The position numbers were made by a program, and so were the translations under genes. A stretch of 52,479 bases of DNA. Source: Thraustochytrium aureum. Lineage: Eukaryota. Position 1 is the stretch's first letter, and each line of letters starts with the position of its first letter. The stretch is from positions 1 to 52,479 of the forward strand of contig BLSG01000321.1 in assembly GCA_012862495.1 (NCBI GenBank), given 5' to 3'. The notes beneath the pieces were generated by a model. It saw only the letters and a list, made by a program, of their open reading frames with translations. It searched no databases and had not been told where the DNA came from. Of the stretch, positions 8,350 to 18,100 are shown one piece after another.

Positions 8350-10947
8350 CTAGTCTTGCGTCGAAGATTTCCGCTTTGCTGTCACTGCATCCTTTCGAAT
8401 ACCAGCGACGTGCTTGGCGCACTCTGCCGCCAGGATAGAGGTGTTGCAGTCCTGCGCTTCCCTGGACGATGGGGTAGGGTGGGAGCCGAGGTCGACATCA
8501 ACAATGAGGCCACAGTTGTCACGAACGGCCATCTCGCTGAGTCGGAGGCAGTCTACAACCCGAACTACTTCTTTCCGAGCTGCGTCTAGCTCTGGGGCGT
8601 CCTGGAGGCCGGCAATGAGCCCTTCGAGCAGAAGGTAGGTTGCTTTTTCTTTCTTGAGTCTTGCCCGGCGCAGGCCTCTTTCTTTGGCCTCGTCGATGGC
8701 AGCGGAGCTCAGCAAGCTCCCTACGCGAGCTTGCTCTTGTTGTGCTTGTTCGAGGTCAGCCTTAAGCTTGGCAATCACCGACTCCTGCGTTTCCCATGCT
8801 TCTTCCAACGTAGCGCGTTTCTTCATCCACGTGTCTGCAGAAATGTAATCACTTTTCGCGAGGTACTCGTCGATTCTCTCTCGCATTGACGCCGCCCTCT
8901 GCTCTGCCTCCTCGCACAAGGAGTTCAGGTTCTGACGGTCCATGGTGCTGTCGTCAAATATCGTTCGAAGCGGTCCGAGGCTAGGAAGACGCTGGGAAAC
9001 CCTCTCGAGCGTAGACGTGTCGTCCATGAAGAATCTCTTGCACGCCTCGTCGGAAAGGAGATTTTCCAATGAAGCCACGCCGCTCAGGTCCTGCATTTGT
9101 TGCACATGCTTTTCTGCGCAAGATTCCTTTGACCTTCGCCGTAGTTGGTCCGCGTCGTGGACAGCTGGGTGCGCTAGGAGTATGCCGCGGTTGGCTGGAC
9201 GAATTCCTGTGAGCCGAGCCCCTTCCGCGCAATTTGCCCGATTGAAAACTTTTCGCAATGCGTTTGCGGCGAGCAAGACCTTAACTTGCCGGTTGACTTT
9301 CAGGTTCTTGTTGTCAATGAGCCACTCCCGTTCGAGTTTGGCCATGCAAGATTTGAGCTTCCCAAACAGCACAACAACGGGGCTCTGCATCTTCGATGTG
9401 GCGTTTGGGAGCCATCCAACAAGCACGATTCCGACCTCACGCAGATTGTCAAGTAAATCCAAAGTCAGGCGACTCTCGTGCCAGTCCGTCATCCAAAGGA
9501 CTCGTTTTCCATCCTCAGGTGCAACGTCGGGAAACATGGCCTTGATTGCCGCCACCATCAGGTCTTTGATATTGGCGCTCGTGATTCCGCCCTTCGGAAA
9601 GAGTCCAAGAATGACCTCATTGAGAAGTCGGTTGTTGAAGGGTAGGTCCTTCGGTGCTGCTGCTGCGCGGAGCTGATCCCTAGTTGTGTTTGTGACTTGA
9701 CCCGGAGCTTCCACCACCCAAACGGGCAGTGTGGCCTCTCCGTTGAGGTTGTGCCCTGCGACGAGGGTGATGTGGTGCTGGCAGTCACCTTCAGGCATTG
9801 CAAGTCGTCGTCGCTTTGAGCCTTTGTCGCTCAACTCGAGCCTTTCGGTGGTGGTAACAACCCTCGTTCCTGCCTTTGACGAGCTCCTTCGTTGGCCCCC
9901 GCTGATAGACGTCTCGTCAGTTATAATTACTCGCCCAGGGTCAAGCCACACGAATTCAGACTCTGCCGATTCTTCAACTGTCGGTTGGCGAGCGAACTTG
10001 TACTTGAATGCGACATCTTTCAGTCGATCGAACCACCACTCGATGTTGTCGGAGTTGAACCATCGGAGAGTGCGACAGTCCATCCCCCGAGTGAGACTTG
10101 CGACAACGCGGGGATCCTTTCGTGCCATCCGAGCTAGCCACCTTTCGAACCAGCCCATGGTCGGCCCCAATGGCCCAAAAGCGCTGGGCGACATGCGGGC
10201 GGCAAGCTCCATGACGAGTCCCGGGGTCGCTGGGATTGCGTGACTGTCGAAGTAAAGGACGGCTTTCAGAAGCTCTTCCTCTGCGATTTCCGACAAAGCC
10301 TGTGGCCTTCCAGCAGTGTTGCTCGGGCTTGTCTTGCCACTGTTCCAGCGGAGCAGAGTGTTGAACGAGACCTTGACGGACAGTTCCGTCTCGAAGAAGG
10401 CAGCCGCCTCTCTCGCACTCGAGAAGCAGTGCTTGGCAGCATTCGTCGCTTCTTCGAGCTCCTTGACGAGAGCGCACTCTTTCTCAACCAAACGGGCCAA
10501 CTTGGCTTCAATACTGGGTCTTGTGTGGGTGTCTGCGTCGCCAGGGAGCCCCTGCGCCTCCACTTGCTCTTTGTGCTTGCGCAGTTTGAAGCGAAGACCT
10601 TTTTGCTTGGCCTTGACGTTTGAAACACTTTTGGAAGCCACAGATCTGGCCTGCTTCAACCGCTCACTTTGCCCGTACCAGGCCGCCACAAACTCGCGCG
10701 TGCAGCGCGAGAGACCCTTGCCCCCGCCTGTGCGCTCCTGCGCAAGTACAAAGCCTTTGAGAAGCTCCTGAATCTGCACAAGACGGACAACCTCTTGCCC
10801 GTCGTCGTTTTTCGCAACGACTTTGGCTCGCCCGGCGCTCGAAACCTCCTGAAGTCTGAAGGTAAGGGTGCCTTCCCAGAGGACTGCTGTCCCGTGCAGC
10901 ACGTCTGCCGCCCACTCAAGCCTCTTTTGCAGGCCCTCGCCGTCCAT
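8350..10947 (-). CDS. pogo/Fot1-like (Tc1/mariner superfamily, DDE_1-type) transposase with CENP-B-type HTH; third catalytic Asp replaced by Val
   Basis: HTH region AGRPQALSEIAEEEL...GPTMGWFERW; D1 IITDET (9916-9918); HITLVAGHNLNGEATLP; D2 WMTDWHESR (9484-9486); LPNATSKMQSPVVVLFG where canonical proteins read P..T..LQPLD. 35 residues separate D2 from this Val. Predicted coiled coils at both ends. Confidence 0.85.
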   Translation of the reverse strand: MDGEGLQKRLEWAADVLHGTAVLWEGTLTFRLQEVSSAGRAKVVAKNDDGQEVVRLVQIQELLKGFVLAQERTGGGKGLSRCTREFVAAWYGQSERLKQARSVASKSVSNVKAKQKGLRFKLRKHKEQVEAQGLPGDADTHTRPSIEAKLARLVEKECALVKELEEATNAAKHCFSSAREAAAFFETELSVKVSFNTLLRWNSGKTSPSNTAGRPQALSEIAEEELLKAVLYFDSHAIPATPGLVMELAARMSPSAFGPLGPTMGWFERWLARMARKDPRVVASLTRGMDCRTLRWFNSDNIEWWFDRLKDVAFKYKFARQPTVEESAESEFVWLDPGRVIITDETSISGGQRRSSSKAGTRVVTTTERLELSDKGSKRRRLAMPEGDCQHHITLVAGHNLNGEATLPVWVVEAPGQVTNTTRDQLRAAAAPKDLPFNNRLLNEVILGLFPKGGITSANIKDLMVAAIKAMFPDVAPEDGKRVLWMTDWHESRLTLDLLDNLREVGIVLVGWLPNATSKMQSPVVVLFGKLKSCMAKLEREWLIDNKNLKVNRQVKVLLAANALRKVFNRANCAEGARLTGIRPANRGILLAHPAVHDADQLRRRSKESCAEKHVQQMQDLSGVASLENLLSDEACKRFFMDDTSTLERVSQRLPSLGPLRTIFDDSTMDRQNLNSLCEEAEQRAASMRERIDEYLAKSDYISADTWMKKRATLEEAWETQESVIAKLKADLEQAQQEQARVGSLLSSAAIDEAKERGLRRARLKKEKATYLLLEGLIAGLQDAPELDAARKEVVRVVDCLRLSEMAVRDNCGLIVDVDLGSHPTPSSREAQDCNTSILAAECAKHVAGIRKDAVTAKRKSSTQD

Positions 10948-11037
10948 CTCGCTGTGTAGTCTCGCTGCAGCCTCCGCGTGTCGCTTCGGTGTCTGAATTC
11001 AAAAATACACAAGCCAACCCAGGCCAAGGTGAGCCTC

Positions 11038-11722
11038 TCAACTCACATTTATAATCGATGTTGACGGGTACCCTGTGACGATAAAGATGAGGATCTTTGG
11101 GAAATTGGCCCTCCCGATGTAGCCCAGCGCGGTCACGGGAGTACCGGTAAGCTTCGAGGTCTGGTTTCTGCGCACAAGATTGTTGAACTCGTCCGACTCG
11201 ATCAAAAACCTTGGAAGGAGTATGTAGTCGCAAGACGTGATGATCGCTTGGTTGAGCGTTGAGACCGACGGTCCTCTAGAGGTCGACCAGAACATAGTCA
11301 AACCTCCACACGTCGCATGCATCGTCGATGAGCTTGCGGAAGGCGTTCAGGTAAACGGGGGCGTATGTCTGCGTGGCTCGCACCAGCGACATCTGTCCCT
11401 CAAAGCTCTCCAGGTTTGGGCTGGCGCTTGGTAGTCCGCTCGCGCCAGGCTCTGCGCATGGGTTTGCAGCATCTCCTGGCCCCCTGGCTTGATCAAGTAG
11501 CCAGCTCTGAGTAGCGAGGGAGTACTCGGGTTCCCGTTCTCCTCTAGCTCTAGAGCTTGTTGCCTGGGCCAGCAAGTACTCGAGTGCAGCGTACTCACAT
11601 GGGCCTACTTCGATCCGCAAGCGATCATCAACAAGGTTGTCTTGGACGTGTCGAGCCAGCATTGCAAGGCAGCCGTCATCCGTCAAATGTTGTTTCATCG
11701 GTGAACACCTTTGCTTTGCCAC
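11038..11722 (-). pseudogene. Degenerate ParA/Soj-like (AAA_31-type) ATPase fragment
   Basis: SPNLESFEGQMSL...AFRKLIDDACDVWRFDYVLVDL then GPSVSTLNQAIITSCDYILLP matches the ParA Walker-B region (YDYILVDLGPSLG.LN..AL...D). It is split by a 4-bp insertion creating a stop at 11276-11278. No Walker A motif is visible. Confidence 0.7.
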
Positions 11723-11873
11723 AGGCCTCCTGCCCCATGGGCCTCTCTAGAGCTAGAGCCTGGCCGGCAATCACAAACAGCCAATTTTTGAATGTTTTCA
11801 AAAGAATAAAGCCCACTCGAGCAGTATTCGCCCACGTGAACCGCATGGAGTTGATGACGCCAGTGGGGCTTAA

Positions 11874-13501
11874 TCACGATGATTCGCTGCCAGAGTCCGC
11901 GCTTGATGAGCGCGGCTGCAGGGACGAAAAGCTACGGATGAAAAAGCGCTGGTCCAGTTCAACGGGAACCTCCAGAGCCGGGCTTGCACAGGCTGGCAAG
12001 GCCTCCCAGGGCGCGCAAACTTGGGCGACGGGCAGTAATGGCCCATGTTGCACATCCTCCGCATCTGGCCCTGGAAAAGAGGACAGAGCCAGCTTGGCAA
12101 GGCCCGGGGGGATGTCGAGGATCGACGGCCACGAGCACGACCGCGTCGCGGGGGGAAAGAGGGAGCAAGGCCCTAATCGGGTGCGCTTGCCGGTCTTGAA
12201 CACTGGCTCGGTCCAGAATCCGACCATCAGCGTCAAGCGCTGCGGGCTTCCACGCGGTGCGGCGCTGTTCCCCGGAAGGACCCCATGCAGGGCGTTGCCG
12301 GGGAACGTCAGCATCGCGCCGTCGTGGGGCTTGGCCACGACCGCGCGAGAGGCGCCTTCAACCGCATCTGCAGCTTGGTCGAAGACGACGGTGCAGCCGC
12401 CATGCTCTGCGCCGGTAAGGTAAGTCACAGAGCTGACGACTGGGTGAACCACCTTCCCGTGGAGCTCGAGGGTGTTCTCCTCCATGTCAAAGTGAAGTTG
12501 GTGCCCGAGGTTGCGCCCGCTTTTTCGAGAGTGCACCCACCACTCCGCCCCCACGATGTCCTCGCGTCGTGTCTGCGCAAGCATCCAGCGGATCGCCAGC
12601 TCAACGAGGTTGGTTGGGCCGCGCTCCACGTCGTACCAGAACGAGTAATACCCGCGCTCCTTGTAGTCCGTCTCCACCCAGTACTGCGAGCTCGGGGCGA
12701 CGCCTCCCGCAGGGCGCTGAGAATGGGCTCTGGAACGACGTCGGCGCGCAGCGTGACAGGAACGGGCGAAACGCTCAAAAAGGCCTCCTCCGCCGTTGCG
12801 ATCTGCGCGACCTCACTTGAGCGCATCCGTGCGGCGGTTTGCCAGACGGCCGGGGCGACGCGGTGCTTCAACCCAAAACGCTGCAGCAGCGGGATAGCCT
12901 TCTCATAGTTGCCCAGCTGGTGATTGATGAGCGCCATCGTGTAGGATGCCAGCGCCACGCAGTGCGCTTTCGGCCGCTCAACCCAGATTTCGGACCAGAC
13001 CGTGCCTTCCGACTCCTGAACGCAGTCGCCGAGTGCTGCGACAGACTCGTAGAGCTTGACCGCTGCGGCTTGGTCGCCGTGCTCGCGCTCGAGGTTGGCA
13101 AGGTTGAGTTGCGCCATTGCATTGCCTGGCCACAACCGCAGGGCCTTTGCGAACCAGCGCCTGGCAGGCTTGATGCGGTGCGCCTCCAGTTCGAGGCCGC
13201 CGAGGCAGTTGGCGCTGCTGCTGGCCACGATATTCAACGGCGGGCCGTACCCGCCGACGTCCCCTGCACCGTCGTCGGCGCGCGCGCCAAGCAGGCGTTC
13301 GAGCTTGCCAACCAGCCCTTCGTACGCTTTCGCAGCGGCTGCAACCTCCCCGCCGTCCTCCAAAAACTGCGCCTCCTGGAACGTGTCGACCGCCTCGTCC
13401 ACCATCCGCTGGAGCTCTTCGCGCGTTTCCCTCCGTTTCCCGGCCTCTGCGCCGCTGCCAGGCCCGGGCGGGCACCTCTTGCGCTTGAGCCGCGCCACCA
13501 T
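11874..13501 (-). CDS. TPR-repeat plus 2OG-Fe(II) oxygenase-like protein (1-nt frameshift near 12700)
   Basis: TPR-like helices (ARRWFAKALRLWPGNAMAQLNLANL; ALINHQLGNYEKAIPLL). Adding one T gives EAFAPSSQYWVETDY and joins a C-terminal domain with GAEWWVH..HQLHFD (HxD), SSVTYL, GGCTVVF, LHGVLPG and RLTLMVGFW. Confidence 0.75.
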
Positions 13502-13732
13502 CGTAGCCGGCCCTTCCCCGCTAGCTACTTCGCTCCAGCCAGGATTCTCCGCCGATGTCGGCGCAGCAGAGCACTACTTACAAGCAAGGGCCAGGTCGCG
13601 CCAACGAGCACGCCGGCCGGACGGCGCCCCGAGCTGCAGCGCGCCGAACTGGCCGCGACCACGACCGCGTCCGCGCCGCGAGTGTCGCACCAAATGCGTT
13701 CCTCGAGACTCCCTCTCGCGTGTCATCCCGTC

Positions 13733-13785
13733 CGCTCGGCGCCGCTCGGCTCCGCTCGGCTCCGCTCGGCGCCGCTCGGCGCCGC
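13733..13785. repeat. 10-bp tandem repeat (cgctcggcgc / cgctcggctc), about 5 copies
   Basis: ccgctcggcgccgctcggctccgctcggctccgctcggcgccgctcggcgccgct. Confidence 0.8.
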
Positions 13786-15193
13786 TGTCCTGGCGTCCTG
13801 CAGGACGCGCCGCAGCTCCTGCAAGACGTGGCCAGCCAGCCGGATGTCTTGGAGTGAGCGCCCATTCGCTGCGCAGGAGGTCGCGCAGGCGCAGCTCGAG
13901 GACTTGTCGTTCGATGGGCATCTCCGCCTCTCCACTGGACAGAGAGAGCTTGAGCCAGCGCAGCCGTGGTCAGCCAGCCAGCCTGCCTGCCTGCCTGCCG
14001 NNNNNNNNNNNNNNNNNNNNNNNNNNNNNNNNNNNNNNNNNNNNNNNNNNNNNNNNNNNNNNNNNNNNNNNNNNNNNNNNNNNNNNNNNNNNNNNNNNNN
14101 NNNNNNNNNNNNNNNNNNNNNNNNNNNNNNNNNNNNNNNNNNNNNNNNNNNNNNNNNNNNNNNNNNNNNNNNNNNNNNNNNNNNNNNNNNNNNNNNNNNN
14201 NNNNNNNNNNNNNNNNNNNNNNNNNNNNNNNNNNNNNNNNNNNNNNNNNNNNNNNNNNNNNNNNNNNNNNNNNNNNNNNNNNNNNNNNNNNNNNNNNNNN
14301 NNNNNNNNNNNNNNNNNNNNNNNNNNNNNNNNNNNNNNNNNNNNNNNNNNNNNNNNNNNNNNNNNNNNNNNNNNNNNNNNNNNNNNNNNNNNNNNNNNNN
14401 NNNNNNNNNNNNNNNNNNNNNNNNNNNNNNNNNNNNNNNNNNAGTGGTCTGATTTGGTGGTCGGTCTTCTGCTCGAGGTGATTGACGCCGGAAAAAGTGG
14501 GATGTGACACTCCTGGCGTTGATGGCCGAACTCGGAGAAGAGGGCTGGCTGGGCAAGAATGGGCGCGATCGATCGATGGATGGATGGATGGATGGACGGA
14601 CGGTGCTCTATGGAGTTCTTCCAGTTCCGCACGCGAGGCACGAGAGATTTGACCGACCTTCAAGGTGGACTCTTGTTGGTACCGTTGCAACGGCTAGGTT
14701 GGGCGATGAGGCGGACAAGGCCGCGGCGCCAGCGCTGCCACGCGCGCCGAGTCGGTGGGGCAATCGCTGCGTCCACCTACCGCCTGCTTGGGGGAGCTTG
14801 CGCGATTCGTACCGATTCGTACGAGAGTGGCCTGCAAGCTCTGTGGCCTGCTTGGACGAGCGCGATCGCTCGGCCTCCCTCGCGCGAAAAAGAAACAGCC
14901 ATGGGAGGGTCGACAGCATCCAGCCGCCCCTCTCACCATGCGGAGAGGCAAGTGCGCGCCTCCTCTTGCGTTCGGAACGAAATTGCGCAGGGTTGCACGC
15001 TCTGTCATTCGGAATCGGGCGTTCCGACGCACTCGAGAATGCAGGCAACTTGAAGCATGCAATGCCAGGCAGGAGGAAACGCCTGCAGCAGTACCAAGGC
15101 TGATCAAGACGTGGACAAGCAGGTCCCTGCCGAGCGACGCAGTGGACAAGGTCTCGACCCCGACGGGCTCGGGAGGGCACACGACGGGCGAGA

Positions 15194-18100
15194 ATGAGCC
15201 AGGAACTCGTTGCGCAGCGCAGCCCCGCGCGACCACGCCGGCTCAGCGCGGCCGGGCTGCCTGCCGCCCTGCTGAGCTTGAAGCATCGGCTCCGGAAGAG
15301 TCGCGACGTTAGGGCGCTAGTCGGCACAAAGATACCGCGCAGCCTGACGTTCCAGCAGCTGGTGGCCACACACATCCCAGCACGGGTTGGCGTTCTGCAG
15401 GTGATGAAGTTCTCTGGAAAGCGCTCTGCAACATGGCAAAGCCAGCTTCTCGTCCTGTGTGGCAACAAGCTGGCAATGTTCCCCACGACGCTGAACTCGG
15501 ACGCAGAGCTTGGGGCCGCCACTGCCAGCCAGCCGCGGAGGGGCGAAATGGGCAAGACTCGGGCAGAAATGGTTTTCGACCTCACCGAGCCATCGTTGTC
15601 AGTGTCCGTCGCGCTGCTCGTTGCAAACCAGAACAACTTTGGCAACTCGTTCGAACAACTTTTCGAATGGACGCTGTCCGTGCAGCGGTTTCGCGGCCTC
15701 GTCCTGGTGCGGTTCCGCTGCTCGACGCGCGAAGAGCGTGATAGCTGGGTTTCGGCGTTGCGGAGCTTCGAGTCCCGCAACCCGGCAAACGGAGTGCAAA
15801 GCAGCATCGCAAGACAGGCACCTGCGGGTCGAACGGATCAGAATCTGGATCAACGGGCGGTGAGGAGCGCTTCGCGGCGCAGTGCGCGGAGTTTGATTGC
15901 AGCACTGCCCATTTCACGATCTGGCCGTGCGCCGACCTCGGCGAGCGGAGCACCTGCAGCAGAGGCCTCACGGGGCGTCTTTTCAAACGCACCGTCACCG
16001 TCAAGGCCGCTGCGCAGGTCCCTGGCGTCGCCTCGATGCCGCGGGCGCAACAGTCGCAGTGGCAAATTCATCGTGCCATCCAACTCTAACTCTCTTGGCT
16101 TGGACAAGGACGGCAGGGCCAAGCCGTCTGGCGGAGGGGAGGACCAGCGAGAGCAAATCCTCGGCGTCTTTGAAAGTCGCATCGAGGCGGGCGACATGGA
16201 CCGATTCACCATCCACGCGGGTTCCGAGGCGCTCTGGGAGCGCCAGCAAGCGCTCGTCCGCCCTTTGGCAGAGCACATCAAGCGCCACATACATAGTAGG
16301 AACGTGAGCGACTCCAACGAGGCAGAAGACATCGCCGTAGCGCTTCTTGTTGAGCATGCGTGGGCCCTCGGCCCAGCACTGCGCGCTGCAACGGAAGCCG
16401 CCAAAGCGGCTGCCGCCCAAGCTGTTGCATCGTCGCTCCCAGATCCGCGCGCCCACAAAGTCGCAGACAAGTTGGACCTTTGCGGAGGGAGCAATGCTGG
16501 CAGGGCGGCTGAAGCCAGCCCCGAGCAGGTTACGTGCCAAATTTGTTTCGAGGAATCCCAGCCAAGCGACATGGACGCCCTCGCCTGCGGCCACGCGTTT
16601 TGCGAAGGGTGCTGGTCGGGCCTCGTTAAAAGTCGCATTCTTGACGGGAGAATCTGTCTGGCAACGCAGTGCATGCAGGACGGCTGCAGAGTGCGCGCCT
16701 CCCGAGGGTTCCTGCGCAAGCACGCTCAAGGCGACCCCGACCTCGTCGTCCGACTGGAGAGAATCTGCTCGGACGCCTTCGTCGAGGCGTCCCCAAATGT
16801 TCGCTGGTGCCCCGCACCCTCGTGCGGCCGCGCCGTAGAGTGGGTCCTGCACGCTGAATCGGCGCCAAAGGGCACCAGCCCGGGATCCGCTCGCTCGGTC
16901 CGCTGCGCCTGCGGGCTTGAGTTTTGCTTCGACTGCGGCGCCGACGCCCACGCCCCGGCAACTTGCGAACAAGTGAGCGCATGGAAGGAAGCTGTCGCGG
17001 AGGCCGACGAGGCTGGCCGCGTCGAGGCGGCGCCACGTCAAGAGCAGGACGCCGCGCTGGCCAAACAGTGGATCCTGCGCAACTCGAGGCCATGCCCCAA
17101 GTGCAAAGCCCCCATTGAAAAGTCGCACGGGTGCAACCACATGGTCTGTTCAAGCTGCGCGCACGAGTTTTGTTGGTTTTGCTTTGGAGAATGGACCACG
17201 CACGGGGCGCAAACGGGTGGGTACTTTCGGTGCAACGTCTACGAGTCGAATGAGGCGGAGCTTCGCAAGGTGCACGAGACAATAAAGAAGGACCAGGTTG
17301 CCGAGCTGGAGGAAATCAGAGAGCGAGCAAAGGAAGAGAAGATGCGGCACAAGGAGCAGGAGACGCGCTTCTACGAAGCGCAAATGCTCAAGCGCAGGGT
17401 GCAGCATTACCTTTGGCGACACCAAGTTCACCAACAGAGCGCGCGCTATGCTGCGGAGATGCTGCAGCTTGTACCGACACCACAGCAGCACAGCGGTGAA
17501 CTGGCCACCGTTGCCCCGTCCTGTGGCGCGGAGCCAGACATTCTGCCCGTGCTGGAGCGCGCGTTGCGGCTCGTGGTGCGCTGTCGCGAGATCCTCACTT
17601 GGGCATACGTCGTCTCCTTCTTTCTTGACGCGCCAGGGCTCTCCGGCGAGTGGCTCTTCCTGAGCTCGACAGACACCGCGTCGCCAAGGTCGTCCACGGC
17701 TCCAGCGGATGCACCGCCTAGGGCGCTGTATCTTGCCAAGGTCGGCAAACTCGAGCAGGCAACAGAGCGCCTCCAGCACGCGGTTGAGGCTCCGACGCTC
17801 GCTTCGAGCCTCGCGCTAAACCGGGGGCCGACGAAGCCGCGGAGGACAAAATCCAGCGCTGGCATTGCAGCTCAGGGCGCAGAGCGCCTCCTGCGGGTTT
17901 TGGCCCCCTTCCGAGACGAAATTTTCCAGCTTTCGAGCAAGGCGCTGGACACCGCATCAGAACTGATGAGCTTGTCGGCCGAGATCCACCACCACCTGGC
18001 GGAGCTGGCCCGGCCACCTAGTGCTGAACGCAGACAAAATGCCGTGCATGCTGAGCGGCGGGCCTTGACTGCAGCCCCGTCCGTCCGAGTAGAGGGCGTC

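Larger units (their letters stand above)
4330..11870 (-). mobile_element. Transposon-derived island: piggyBac-YqaJ fusion transposase, pogo-type transposase and ParA-like remnant; boundaries approximate
   Basis: Two transposase ORFs and a ParA-like remnant lie in tandem on the same strand between the host ESF1 and TPR-oxygenase genes. The region looks more A/T-rich than the flanks (judged by eye). No TIR/TSD pair was confirmed. Confidence 0.7.

Noticed and set aside
11862..11873. ggggc|TTAA as a piggyBac right end
   Set aside because: I found no matching TTAA|gcccc left end near 4300-4400 or 8240-8350, and the site abuts the host gene's stop codon.
12839..14690. Long ORFs spanning N-gaps and antisense ORFs overlapping real genes (here and throughout the window)
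   Set aside because: These are products of N-runs and of high GC with few stop codons. They are Arg/Ala/Pro-rich translations without motifs.
13844..15193. Separate gene or upstream exons of the RBR ligase
   Set aside because: There are short open frames and intron-like microsatellites (gcct, gatg), but no recognisable motif, and a gap intervenes. I cannot support a gene model.
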